Position numbers and translations under genes: made by a program. Positions 25,962 to 36,131 of a DNA stretch of 61,758 nt are shown piece by piece (positions within the stretch are counted from its first letter, which is position 1; every line of letters starts with the position of its first letter). The notes beneath the pieces were generated by a model. That model was given only the letters and a program-made list of their open reading frames with translations. It had not been told where the DNA came from and did not search any database. This stretch comes from an uncultured Bacilli bacterium (GTDB lineage Bacteria; Bacillota_I; Bacilli_A; RF39; UBA660), in assembly GCA_947600335.1 (NCBI GenBank), contig CANQGB010000002.1, positions 1 through 61,758 on the forward strand, read 5' to 3'.

Positions 25962-28900
25962 AAGATATCACCTTCCTTTAAATCTTCTTCTTCCAAATCA
26001 TCTGGAAATTCTAAATCATCTAAATCGTTATCAAATTCGCTTTCTTCCTCTTCGTAATCGGAATTTTCCGGTTCTTCTGGCTCAGTAGGTTCTTGAATAT
26101 CAATTTCATCTATTCTAATAACATTATCTTCTTTATCTTCTTCCTCTTCAATGTCTTTGATATCAATTAATTTATCATCATTGTTAAGGATTTGAATATC
26201 TAAGCCTAAAGCTTGGAATTCTTTAATTAATACTCTAAAGCTTTCTGGTACGCCAGCTTGATTAACTGTTTTACCTTTAACTAAAGATTCATATACTTTA
26301 ACCCGACCAACAACATCATCGGATTTAATTGTTAAGATTTCTTGAAGAACATGAGCAGCACCATAAGCATATAGAGCCCAAACTTCCATTTCCCCAAATC
26401 TTTGACCACCAAATTGGGCTTTACCACCAAGTGGTTGTTGAGTTACTAAGGAATAAGGTCCTGTTGCCCGAGCATGTAATTTATCATCAACCATGTGGTG
26501 AAGCTTTACCATGTACATAACACCAACATTGATACGATGTTCAAATGGTTCACCAGTTCGACCATTGATTAATTCAACTTTACCATCTTCACTCATGCCA
26601 GCTTCTTTCATTTCTTCATGAATATCATCAAGGTTAGCTCCATCGAATACTGGAGTGGCATATTTAACGCCTAATCGTTTTCCGGCCATTCCTAAATGAA
26701 CTTCCAAAATTTGACCGATGTTCATCCGCGATGGAACACCTAATGGATTTAACATGATATCAACTGGACGACCATCTGGTAAATAAGGCATATCTTCTTC
26801 TGGTAAGACTAATGAGATAACACCTTTGTTACCATGACGACCACTCATCTTGTCACCAACTTGAATTTTCCGCTTTTGAATAATATATACTCTAATTATT
26901 TTGAATACTCCTGGTGGCATGTCATCACTATTTTCTTTAGTATAAACTTTAACATCATGAACAATACCATCAGCACCATGCTCTACTTTTAATGAAGTAT
27001 CTCGAACTTCCCGAGTTTTTTCACCAAATATAGCATGTAATAATTTTTCTTCACTAGTTAATTCTTGAACCCCTTTTGGTGTTACTTTACCAACTAAGAT
27101 ATCGCCTTCGTGAACTTCAGTACCAATTCGAACAATACCTTCACTATCCAAATTACGGCGAGCTTCTTCACCAACATTCGGAATATCACGAGTAATTTCT
27201 TCTGGTCCTAATTTAGTATCACGGCATTCAATTTCATATCTTTCAATATGTAGTGATGTATAGACATCATCTTTAACTAATCTTTCATTCAAAATAACGG
27301 CATCTTCATAGTTATAACCATTGTAAGTCATGAACGCAACAGTCATATTTTTACCAAGAGCAAGTTCTCCGTTTTCAGTACTAGGTCCATCGGCAATAAC
27401 TTGGCCAGCATGAATTTTGTCGCCTTTTTTAACAAGTGGTCTATGATTTAAACTACTTGAAGCATTAGTTCTTTCGAAATTAGCTAAGTAATAAGTATCT
27501 TTAGCTTTAGCGGTTTTAACAACAATTTTTAAAGCATCCGCATATTCAACAACACCATCCGCTTTAGCAACAACTGTACTTCCTGAGTATTTAGCGGCTA
27601 CATGTTCAACACCCGTACCAACAATTGGACTTTCGGATGTTAATAAAGGAACTGCTTGCCGTTGCATGTTGGCACCCATTAAAGTACGGTTAGCATCATC
27701 GTAATCTAGGAATGGAATACAACTAGTTGTAATAGCAACAATTTGACTTGGAGCGACATCGACATAGTTTACTTGTTCCCGATTAACCATCACGTTATCG
27801 CCATTAATTCGAACGATTACTTTATCATCGACAATGCGTTTATTATCATCTAATTTAACAGTTGCTTGTGAAATATAGAAATCGGCTTCTTCATCTGCGG
27901 TTAAGTAAACAACATCATCTTGAACTACTCCATCAATTACTTTACGATATGGCGTGGTAATAAAACCATATTCATTGATTTTTGCATAACCGGCTAAAGA
28001 TGTAATAAGTCCGATATTTTGACCTTCTGGTGATTCGATTGGACAAATCCGACCATAATGGCTTGCATTAACATCTCGAACTTCCATACCTGCCCGGTCT
28101 CTTGATAGTCCACCTGGACCTAAGCTTGATAACCGCCGTTTATTAGTTAACTCGGCAATCGGATTGATTTGGTCCATGAAAGCCGATAATTGAGATGAAC
28201 CAAAGAATTCTTTTAAGACAGCTGTTACTGGGCGAATATTAATTAAAGATTTTGGCGTAACATTTTCAATTTCTTGGGTAGTCATTCGTTCCCGAATAAC
28301 TCTTTCCATTCTCGCCATACCAGTTCTAAATTGGTTTTGAATTAATTCACCAACTTGGCGAACTCGACGATTTCCTAAATGGTCAATTTCATCGACATTA
28401 CCAATACCAGCATGTAAGTTTAAATAATAAGAAATAGAAGCATAAATATCTGAAATTGTTAAACGTTTAATATCGATATTTTGGTCATTACCAATAATCT
28501 TAATAACTTTATCAGGATTTTGTTTATCATAAACTAAAATCTCTTGAATTTGGTCATATTCATCTAATTCTTCATTAATAATAGTTTTCTTTAAACCAAA
28601 ACCATTTTTTAGAATTGGTTTAATTTTTTCTAACAAGTCTTTAGTAACGACATCGCCTTTTTTAGCGACTACTTCTTTGCCATCTTTAATATCCATAGCT
28701 AAAGTGGTATTAAGTAAACGGTCAGCAACATTTAATTTTTTATTGAATTTATAACGACCTACTTTCGCTAAGTCATAACGGAAATGGTCAAAGAAACGAA
28801 CAACTAATTGGTTTTTCGCTGAATCTAATGTAGCTGGTTCGCCTGGTCTTAATTTTTCGTAAATTTCAATTAAAGCTTCATCACTATTCTTAGTATTATC

Positions 28901-29569
28901 TTTCAAAATAGTATTTTCTAAAATTTCATTTTCGCCAAAGACTGACTTGATATCTTCATCATTTGATAAACCTAACGCTCTTAAGAAAGTTGTGACTGGT
29001 ACCTTTCTTGTCCGGTCAATACGTACATACATAATATCCCGAGCATCAAGTTCATATTCTAGCCAAGTTCCTTTATTTGGTATTACTTCCCCGGAAATAA
29101 TCCGCCGACCATTTTTATCAATTTCCCGTTTAAAGTAAACACTTGGACTACGAACTAATTGAGAGATAATAACTCTTTCAGCTCCGTTGATAATAAATGT
29201 TCCCGCATCAGTCATCAAAGGCATATCGCCTAAGAAAATTTCTTGTTCTTTAACTTCACCAGTTTCATGAATAAATACTCGTGCTTGAACCTTTAATGGT
29301 GCGGCGTAATTTACCATTCTTTCTTTGGATTCTTTTATAGAATATCTAGGCGTGTCAAAAGAATAATCGCCAAAGTCTATTGTAACATTTCCTGTAAAGC
29401 TTTCGACAGGAAATAATTCTTCAAATACTTCTTTGATTCCTTCTTCTAAGAACCATTGATATGATTTTTTTTGGATTTCTAGCAAATCAGAAAGTTCCAT
29501 AGTATTTTTGGATTTAGAGAAACTTCTTCTCTTAACATAATCTCCGAATTTTTGTACTTTATAAGCCAC
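25958..29569 (-). CDS. rpoB: DNA-directed RNA polymerase subunit beta (GTG start, acidic C-terminal tail)
   Basis: 1203 aa with conserved beta-subunit blocks throughout. The GTG at 29569 follows a GGGGTGA RBS. The stop overlaps the rpoC start (ATGA). Confidence 0.98.
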   Translation of the reverse strand: MAYKVQKFGDYVKRRSFSKSKNTMELSDLLEIQKKSYQWFLEEGIKEVFEELFPVESFTGNVTIDFGDYSFDTPRYSIKESKERMVNYAAPLKVQARVFIHETGEVKEQEIFLGDMPLMTDAGTFIINGAERVIISQLVRSPSVYFKREIDKNGRRIISGEVIPNKGTWLEYELDARDIMYVRIDRTRKVPVTTFLRALGLSNDEDIKSVFGENEILENTILKDNTKNSDEALIEIYEKLRPGEPATLDSAKNQLVVRFFDHFRYDLAKVGRYKFNKKLNVADRLLNTTLAMDIKDGKEVVAKKGDVVTKDLLEKIKPILKNGFGLKKTIINEELDEYDQIQEILVYDKQNPDKVIKIIGNDQNIDIKRLTISDIYASISYYLNLHAGIGNVDEIDHLGNRRVRQVGELIQNQFRTGMARMERVIRERMTTQEIENVTPKSLINIRPVTAVLKEFFGSSQLSAFMDQINPIAELTNKRRLSSLGPGGLSRDRAGMEVRDVNASHYGRICPIESPEGQNIGLITSLAGYAKINEYGFITTPYRKVIDGVVQDDVVYLTADEEADFYISQATVKLDDNKRIVDDKVIVRINGDNVMVNREQVNYVDVAPSQIVAITTSCIPFLDYDDANRTLMGANMQRQAVPLLTSESPIVGTGVEHVAAKYSGSTVVAKADGVVEYADALKIVVKTAKAKDTYYLANFERTNASSSLNHRPLVKKGDKIHAGQVIADGPSTENGELALGKNMTVAFMTYNGYNYEDAVILNERLVKDDVYTSLHIERYEIECRDTKLGPEEITRDIPNVGEEARRNLDSEGIVRIGTEVHEGDILVGKVTPKGVQELTSEEKLLHAIFGEKTREVRDTSLKVEHGADGIVHDVKVYTKENSDDMPPGVFKIIRVYIIQKRKIQVGDKMSGRHGNKGVISLVLPEEDMPYLPDGRPVDIMLNPLGVPSRMNIGQILEVHLGMAGKRLGVKYATPVFDGANLDDIHEEMKEAGMSEDGKVELINGRTGEPFEHRINVGVMYMVKLHHMVDDKLHARATGPYSLVTQQPLGGKAQFGGQRFGEMEVWALYAYGAAHVLQEILTIKSDDVVGRVKVYESLVKGKTVNQAGVPESFRVLIKEFQALGLDIQILNNDDKLIDIKDIEEEEDKEDNVIRIDEIDIQEPTEPEEPENSDYEEEESEFDNDLDDLEFPDDLEEEDLKEGDIL

Positions 29570-29641
29570 GATTTCACCCCATCTAAATTTTTCAAAAATA
29601 ATAATTTTTTACGAAAAAAATTAACAAGTCACCAATTTATA

Positions 29642-29670
29642 ATTTTAGCAGTAGTATTCTAGCTTGTCAA
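29642..29670 (-). promoter_or_regulatory. Promoter TTGACA-17-TAAAAT upstream of rpoB
   Basis: Read on the minus strand. The -35 overlaps the stop codon of the methyltransferase gene. Confidence 0.5.
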
Positions 29671-30275
29671 CATTTTTCCGCATGAAATATATAAAATCCC
29701 CGATTTCTTTCCACAGTTTCAATTTTATAAAATGAACTTAAAGTTTTACAAATACTTTTAGCCCCTTGGTCTTTACGAATAACAAACCACAAATGGCCAT
29801 TTTTAGTTAAATGCTTTTCAGCTTCAGTTAAAATTTTTAAGACGACATCTTTACCCGCTCGAATAGGTGGATTAGTTACTATTAAGTCGTATTGGTTCTG
29901 GACATTTTCATAAATATTAGAAGAAAAACATTCCGCCTTAACATTATTTTCTTTAATGTTTTTTTCAGTTAAATGTAGGGCTCTTTTATTAACATCAATT
30001 AACGTCGCCGAACAATTTAAAATCTTACTTAAGGTTATACCAATAAAACCATAGCCACAGCCGACATCTAACAAATTGTTAACAGCTTCCTGGTTTTTCT
30101 TTAGGATTGTTTCAACTAACAAACGACTGCCATAATCAATTTGACTTTTGGAGAATACGCCATTATCACTTAGAAACGTAAAAGAATAAGTATCGTATTC
30201 ATACTTAATCATTCTTATATTACTTGGAAGATTCGCGTTATTCGTAAAATAATGTTCCAAAAAATCACCATTCAT
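29667..30275 (-). CDS. RsmC/RlmG-type (YbxB-like) rRNA methyltransferase
   Basis: Motifs LLDVGCGYGFIG and the N-methyltransferase motif VTNPPIRAG. Its position immediately upstream of rpoB matches ybxB in Bacillus. Confidence 0.8.
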   Translation of the reverse strand: MNGDFLEHYFTNNANLPSNIRMIKYEYDTYSFTFLSDNGVFSKSQIDYGSRLLVETILKKNQEAVNNLLDVGCGYGFIGITLSKILNCSATLIDVNKRALHLTEKNIKENNVKAECFSSNIYENVQNQYDLIVTNPPIRAGKDVVLKILTEAEKHLTKNGHLWFVIRKDQGAKSICKTLSSFYKIETVERNRGFYIFHAEKC

Positions 30276-30299
30276 TCTAAAAGACTAACTATATTCAAA

Positions 30300-30328
30300 A
30301 TTATACACTTTCAAAAAATAAAAGTCAA
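30300..30328 (-). promoter_or_regulatory. Promoter TTGACT-17-TATAAT for the methyltransferase-rpoBC unit
   Basis: Read on the minus strand. Confidence 0.5.
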
Positions 30329-30395
30329 TAAGGACCTGGAAAGTTTTCTCAAACGTGAAATGAAAAATTAAAATCCAGTTTACACCAATTTTATG

Positions 30396-30707
30396 TTATG
30401 GTTTATTTCTATCTTTTATTTGAATACATGTACCATCAGTTTTATATATAGCCACACCATTTATGTCATTATATAGATTTAAACATCTTTCTAAAATATC
30501 ATCTATCGAAATAAATGGTGGTATATCATCTTCATCTATAATAGGGTCACACTCTGCAAAACCAATCATAAATCCTTCAATCGTCTTGCAATATGCCCCA
30601 ATTGAATATTTATTATTCTTTTCAAAATATACAATTCTATAGCCTTCATCATATTTACTACCATTTCCGGCATCAGTTAATTTTTCAGTTGAAATATCCA
30701 TATCCAC
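30396..30707 (-). CDS. Hypothetical acidic 101-103 aa protein translationally coupled to the ClpX-like gene
   Basis: The RBS TTAGGAG begins 1 nt after the upstream stop codon. The start is the GTG at 30707 or the ATG at 30701. No motif I recognise. Confidence 0.6.
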   Translation of the reverse strand: MDMDISTEKLTDAGNGSKYDEGYRIVYFEKNNKYSIGAYCKTIEGFMIGFAECDPIIDEDDIPPFISIDDILERCLNLYNDINGVAIYKTDGTCIQIKDRNKP

Positions 30708-30723
30708 TCAACTCCTAACTTTA

Positions 30724-32772
30724 CTAGTAAAGTTTTCGTGATAATTTTTGTGATTCATTTAAAGAAATTCGGCGGTTATCTTTCGTTATTAAAACACAGT
30801 CGTTGTTATCTATCGGTGCATTATCTAAAAGCAAAATAGCAGAATAATTTTCCAAATTCATTAAAACTTCCCAAAGTGCCTTTTTAATTGAATATTCAAC
30901 AATATTGCTTAAAGACCTAGCTCCAGTTTTCAATTTCATTGCTTGTTCAATAACATTATCGATATAACCCTCAGTCCACATTAATTGAATATTTAGTTGT
31001 GATAGCTTTTTTTGTAATAAGATTAAAGGACTTTTACTTGAAGACAACAAAATATTTTTTAAACTTTCTTTCGTATGACCTGAAAGTTGGACAATAATAT
31101 TGAAGCGTCCAATTAATTCAACTGGCATATGGCCATATTTGACAAAATCTTCTTGTTCTAATTTAACATAAGTGATATCTTCTTGTGGTTTAGTTTCTAA
31201 ATTAGCTAGATAACCAGCTTTACATTCGTGATATAATGTTCCAATACTATTTTTGGCTTTCGCTTCCGCTACATCAGTAAATGCTCCAGTAGCCAAGATT
31301 GTTAATTTAGAGGTATTAAACAGAATCATTCGCCCATTATATTCGACATTATAAGTTGTGCCTTGAAAAAATGCAAGAAATGTATTTAAAACGCCTTTTC
31401 CACTTACATGGCTATTAGATTCTGAACCCTTTTTATCTATTTCATCAAAAACAATAATACCTTCTTCAGCTTTTTCAACTATCCCATTAGCTTTAACTAA
31501 AAGTTGACGTAAAAAATCTTCAATGCTAGCCCCAACATAACCGGGCATAGTTAATTGAGTTGTATCGACAATTAATAAAGGTATATCTAAATATTCACTA
31601 ATAGTTTCCGCAATTAAAGTTTTACCACTACCTGTTGGTCCCACTAACAAACAAGACTTCTTGACGCGCTTATCTCCAACTTTATTCATAACAATAGTCG
31701 AAATTACATCTCTTTTAGCTTCTTCTTGCCCAATAACCACTTTATCCAAATATTTCTTCATTTTGGGAACATTTATTTGAGGTAATTTAGTTTTATTGTT
31801 CGATTTATCTTCTATAGCTGGAACTGGCATTTCTTCTGGTCTTAAATAATTTTGATAAGTTGCATAATTTTTAGCTATTTTTTGCATTCGTTGTTTGGAA
31901 CTTTCATGGATAGCCCTAATAGATGCTTTAATTAATTCTAAATCATTTAATTTTAATAACCTATCATAAGTATTTACTAAAGTATATAAAAATTCATTAG
32001 CCAAATTCGTATTCTTCGCATTTAGTGTATCTAACCAAACACTTAATTCCGTATAATAATCAATTAATTCATTGATACTTTTTTTCATTTCATCTAAATT
32101 ATCAAGACTAGCAAAAGCCTCATAACTTTGATTAAAAATATCTAATAATTCTTGACCATTATGCCAATATTCTTTCTTTTCGATTATTTCATCATTATCT
32201 ATAAAATTCTTAATTTGATTTAATTTAGTCATTACTTCATCATAAGTTTTGGAACTAATTAAGTCATTAAATAATTCTTCATTAATTAGAATGTTCATTT
32301 TTTCCTCATTAGCTTCCGGGATGTTAGATAATTCGGGTTGAGTAATCTTTGAAGCATCAAGATTAATTGTATGATTAGTAATGTGTAAATCATCAAGACT
32401 TAGGTTATAAAACATTTCTTTTAAATTTAAGGGAACTAAAGCAATAATATCTCTATCGGGTAAATAAAAACCTAAACTGGATATATCATAAATCTCATCA
32501 AAGTACCTAGATTTAGCCTCAACGATACTACAATCGGGATACTTAGCTAATAAATCACTTTCAGAAATAATGTAGCCAACACCACTTTGGTTTTCACTGT
32601 AAGTCATTTCGCCACTATAAATTGGAAAATACTCCATACCTATTGTATCTTGAAAATAAACATAATCATCTTCAATTATTTCTTGACCTTCGATAATGGC
32701 TGAAGGATTAAAATAATAAATATCTTCACTTAAATTAATTTTGATCATTAATATTGCATATTTTGTTTCCAT
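30724..32772 (-). CDS. ClpX-family AAA+ ATPase lacking the ClpX zinc-ribbon, with a novel ~340-aa N-terminal domain
   Basis: Residues ~340-682 match ClpX by eye: YLDKVVIGQEEAK, Walker A GPTGSGKT, pore loop GYVG, Walker B IIVFDEIDK, ELIGRFN, sensor-2 TGARSL. There is no N-terminal CxxC pair. Confidence 0.8.
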   Translation of the reverse strand: METKYAILMIKINLSEDIYYFNPSAIIEGQEIIEDDYVYFQDTIGMEYFPIYSGEMTYSENQSGVGYIISESDLLAKYPDCSIVEAKSRYFDEIYDISSLGFYLPDRDIIALVPLNLKEMFYNLSLDDLHITNHTINLDASKITQPELSNIPEANEEKMNILINEELFNDLISSKTYDEVMTKLNQIKNFIDNDEIIEKKEYWHNGQELLDIFNQSYEAFASLDNLDEMKKSINELIDYYTELSVWLDTLNAKNTNLANEFLYTLVNTYDRLLKLNDLELIKASIRAIHESSKQRMQKIAKNYATYQNYLRPEEMPVPAIEDKSNNKTKLPQINVPKMKKYLDKVVIGQEEAKRDVISTIVMNKVGDKRVKKSCLLVGPTGSGKTLIAETISEYLDIPLLIVDTTQLTMPGYVGASIEDFLRQLLVKANGIVEKAEEGIIVFDEIDKKGSESNSHVSGKGVLNTFLAFFQGTTYNVEYNGRMILFNTSKLTILATGAFTDVAEAKAKNSIGTLYHECKAGYLANLETKPQEDITYVKLEQEDFVKYGHMPVELIGRFNIIVQLSGHTKESLKNILLSSSKSPLILLQKKLSQLNIQLMWTEGYIDNVIEQAMKLKTGARSLSNIVEYSIKKALWEVLMNLENYSAILLLDNAPIDNNDCVLITKDNRRISLNESQKLSRKLY

Positions 32773-33014
32773 CTTTATCCCCTGCTTTTTAATTTAATGC
32801 TTATTATAACTAATATTTGGAAAAATGAAAACTATTTTTTATGATTATTACAGACCTAATTTTCTATATCATAAAAATAAAAGTTATTATTCTCCCATAT
32901 GTATTTGAGTTTTTAACATAATAACTTGGTTTATAAATTTTTGTAACTTACTTTACATTTACTAATTCTTGCAATATACGAAATACATCGATTTTACTAT
33001 TTACATTTTCTTCT

Positions 33015-34664
33015 TTAATTTCCTTGTTTCTTTGTTTCGGAACTTAATGATGATTTATAATTATCATAATTTCCTAAATATTCTTTTGCTTTACCGTTTT
33101 CAAATACAATTATTTTATCTGCAAATTTATTTATAAAATATCTATCATGACTAATAAAGATCAAAGTACCTGTAAAATCTTCCAATGCTTCTTCCAATAC
33201 TTCTTTAGTAGGTATATCAATATGGTTAGTTGGTTCATCAAAAATTAAAGTATTTACTTCTTGTTGCAAAAGTTCAGCCATTTTAACTTTCATTTTCTCT
33301 CCACCTGATAAATTTTTAACTCTTTTGGCAACATCTTCTACATTAAATTTAAATCTTGCTAATATGCTTCGACATCTTTGTTCTGGTAATCCAACTGCTC
33401 TATTAAAATATTCTAGTAAAGATTGATCTCCTTTTTCAAATTCTATCATTTGAGGTATATATCCTATTTTAACACTTGGGCCTATAAATACATCACCACT
33501 TATTGGTAAAGTTTGCTCCCCCATAATTGTTTTGACAAAAGTAGATTTTCCTGTTCCATTTTCTCCTAAAATTGCTACTCTCTCCCCAGCACAAATTTCT
33601 AAATTTATGTCATTAATAATCGGTGTCCCATCATCTGTAGAAACTGATAAATCATTAGTTATTATTATTTTTTTACTAGTTTTATTTTGTTCTAGAAAAG
33701 ACATATTTAATTTTTTTTGCTCAACTGGTTTTTTTATTGCTTTTTCTCTCATTCTTTGAGCTCTTTCCCATAAAGTCTTCCCTTGCTTCGTTAAAGAAGA
33801 ACTATTCCTACTCATACCTAAATTCATGAATTGTTTAGCTTTTGCTTCTAGTTGTTTAATGGCTTCTTGTTCATCACCATATTGTGTTAATCGTTTTTCA
33901 AATTCCTTTTCACGTTGTTCTAAATATCCTGTATAATTTGTTGTATAAACTTTACTAATTCCATAATCATCCACTGCTAATATTTGATTAGCCATTTTAT
34001 CTAAGAAATATCTATCGTGTGATACTATAACAGACGCTCCTTTAAAAGACTTAATATAGCTCTCTAACCATTCAATTCTTTTTAAATCTAAGTGATTTGT
34101 TGGTTCATCAAGCAATAATAAATCTGGTCCTATTAATAAAGCTTTTGCTAATTGAACTAAAGTTTTTTCTCCACCCGATAGAGTACTATAAGAATGATTT
34201 AACATATCAGAGTCTAATTCTAAACCATTTATTACTGTATTAATTTTTACACCTACATCATATCCACCAATTAAATTAAATTTCTCTAGTAAAGCACAAT
34301 ATTTTTCTAAAAGAACCTCATTATTACAATCTTGATTTACTTTTAATTCACACTCTTTTAATTGTTTCTCAACTTCATTAATTTCAATAAAAGCATCCTT
34401 TAGTATTTCATAAACAGTTCTATCATCTTTTATATTTGATCCTAATTGATCTAAATAGGCAACTTTTGCTCCTTTTTTGATACTAACTGTACCCTTATCT
34501 GGTGTTTCAAATCCTGCAATTATTTTTAAAATAGTTGATTTTCCGCAACCATTTGGTCCAACAATAGCAACTGATTCTCCCTCATTAAGGGTAAAAGATA
34601 TATCCTCAAATAATTGTCCGTATCCAAAATTTTTCGCTAACTTATTAACATCAAGTATTAACAT
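33015..34664 (-). CDS. ABC-F family ATPase (two ABC cassettes, no TM domain). Housekeeping versus antibiotic-resistance subtype is undetermined
   Basis: Two copies of Walker A (GPNGCGKST, GENGTGKST), two LSGGEK signatures, and a long charged interdomain linker. Confidence 0.9.
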   Translation of the reverse strand: MLILDVNKLAKNFGYGQLFEDISFTLNEGESVAIVGPNGCGKSTILKIIAGFETPDKGTVSIKKGAKVAYLDQLGSNIKDDRTVYEILKDAFIEINEVEKQLKECELKVNQDCNNEVLLEKYCALLEKFNLIGGYDVGVKINTVINGLELDSDMLNHSYSTLSGGEKTLVQLAKALLIGPDLLLLDEPTNHLDLKRIEWLESYIKSFKGASVIVSHDRYFLDKMANQILAVDDYGISKVYTTNYTGYLEQREKEFEKRLTQYGDEQEAIKQLEAKAKQFMNLGMSRNSSSLTKQGKTLWERAQRMREKAIKKPVEQKKLNMSFLEQNKTSKKIIITNDLSVSTDDGTPIINDINLEICAGERVAILGENGTGKSTFVKTIMGEQTLPISGDVFIGPSVKIGYIPQMIEFEKGDQSLLEYFNRAVGLPEQRCRSILARFKFNVEDVAKRVKNLSGGEKMKVKMAELLQQEVNTLIFDEPTNHIDIPTKEVLEEALEDFTGTLIFISHDRYFINKFADKIIVFENGKAKEYLGNYDNYKSSLSSETKKQGN

Positions 34665-34699
34665 ACATTATCACTCCTTTCAACTCCCTTGCTTATTTT

Positions 34700-34738
34700 A
34701 TAAAAAATGAACAAAAGACAGTTTGATGCTCTTTGTCC
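34700..34738 (-). terminator. Terminator-like hairpin plus U-run about 35 nt upstream of the ABC-F start (leader attenuator or upstream-operon terminator)
   Basis: The minus strand reads GGACAAAG...(loop)...CTTTTGTTC (8 bp including 2 G-U pairs) followed by ATTTTTTAT. Confidence 0.45.
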
Positions 34739-34892
34739 AAAATTACTATGTTAATATACGGGCAACATTTAAATTTTAGCTTATTATATTATTATAATTG
34801 TAAAAAATAAACATGTTGCAGTAAATAGTAAATATGGTAATTTTATGATAATGTCAGTAAAATAAATTATAATATCTTTCCTAGAAAAAGGA

Positions 34893-35020
34893 TATAAAAC
34901 ACTGACCCCAAAAGAACAAAAAATGAATGCATTATAGGAAAATTAATTGCCAAAGAAATAACTATATCTCAAGTATGTAAATTAACTAGCTTAAGCAAAA
35001 GGCACATATTTAATTTATAA
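34893..35020 (+). pseudogene. Remnant of a transposase N-terminal HTH with a frameshift and no start codon
   Basis: Two frames read YKTLTPKEQKMNAL* and ...IIGKLIAKEITISQVCKLTSLSKRHIFNL*. Joined, they resemble the LTxKE...I..Li.geit..ea...L.lS.R.i.rL N-termini of several IS transposase families. The fragment abuts and overlaps the 3' end of the dGTPase-like gene. Confidence 0.4.
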
Positions 35021-36131
35021 CATTTTTATTAGCAATTAATAAAATATCTCGTTCATAACATTTTTTGATGTAATCATCGGTCATACCGGCTAAAAAGTCA
35101 ATTACTTTACGGGCTTCAGTAGTATTAGTTAGATATTCTTTACTCATCGTATTTAAAAAAACTTGATAGATAACAGAATCTAAATTTTTTTCTTTGATAT
35201 CTTTTAAATATTTGGCAAATAATGTATTAAACATTTTTTCATATAACTTAATATCTTCTTCGTTATTAGCTTTCTTATAAATGTTTTGATAATTAAAATC
35301 TTTTAATTTAACTAAAGCATCATAAACCGGTTCGCTTAACCGAATATAATTTTGATTTTGACTATTTTTTATTATATCGACAACTATGGTATTAATTATC
35401 TCCCGATTAGTCGAACCTAAAACATTTGTAATGTCCGTTGGAATATCCGTTGTTTGAATAACTCCTAACATTTGGGCATCTTCAATATCTTTACCAATGT
35501 AGGCAATAATATCACTAATGCGTACTACACAACCTTCTAAAGTAGCTGGTCGTAATTTTTTGATTATATCTTTATCTTGATATGTTAATTTGTATTCATG
35601 TAAAAATTCTTCTTTGGTTTTTCTTTTCGGAAAATATTCTTGTCTAGGCAATTCTCCATTGTGGCACATGATAGCATCTAAAACTTGATATGTTAAATTT
35701 TGCCCCTTTCCCCCATTTTCTAAATACATTAACGTTCTAACACTTTGGACATTATGATTAAAATAACCTTCATTATTTTTTAGACTGATTTCGTTTAAAA
35801 TACTTTCGCCGGTGTGACCAAATGGCACGTGACCTAAATCGTGGCCTAAGGCTGCTGCTTCAATTAAATCTTCATTTAGCTTAAGATTGCGTCCAATGGT
35901 TCGGGCAATTTTACTTACTAGTTGCACGTGAACCATTCTTTTAGTAATATGGTCATTTTCATTAAAAGTAAAAACTTGGGTTTTATCGGCATATCTTACA
36001 TAACTTAAGGAATAAATAATACGGTCAATGTCGTGAAAAAAAGTAGTTCGATAAGGGTCTTCTATTTCTTTAAAAAAACGCTCGCCATTTTCATTTTGGC
36101 AAGCAAAAGAACTAAGTTTTGGATTATTCAT
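35010..36131 (-). CDS. dGTPase-like HD-domain triphosphohydrolase
   Basis: Motifs RMVHVQLV, ALGHDLGHVPFGH and DRIIYS...RYADKTQVF. Confidence 0.8.
   Translation of the reverse strand: MNNPKLSSFACQNENGERFFKEIEDPYRTTFFHDIDRIIYSLSYVRYADKTQVFTFNENDHITKRMVHVQLVSKIARTIGRNLKLNEDLIEAAALGHDLGHVPFGHTGESILNEISLKNNEGYFNHNVQSVRTLMYLENGGKGQNLTYQVLDAIMCHNGELPRQEYFPKRKTKEEFLHEYKLTYQDKDIIKKLRPATLEGCVVRISDIIAYIGKDIEDAQMLGVIQTTDIPTDITNVLGSTNREIINTIVVDIIKNSQNQNYIRLSEPVYDALVKLKDFNYQNIYKKANNEEDIKLYEKMFNTLFAKYLKDIKEKNLDSVIYQVFLNTMSKEYLTNTTEARKVIDFLAGMTDDYIKKCYERDILLIANKNVIN

Noticed and set aside
25958-26170. The ~70-aa highly acidic C-terminal extension of RpoB (EEEEDKED...[14 protein letters not shown])
   Set aside because: Acidic low-complexity tails on RpoB occur in various low-GC bacteria. 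Nothing in the sequence suggests a separate feature, so it is noted only in the annotation.
32820-32905. A 27-codon plus-strand ORF (MKTIFYDYYRPNFLYHKNKSYYSPICI) in the ABC-F/ClpX-like intergenic region
   Set aside because: It has only a poor GGAAAA RBS, no promoter or terminator, and a composition typical of random AT-rich sequence.
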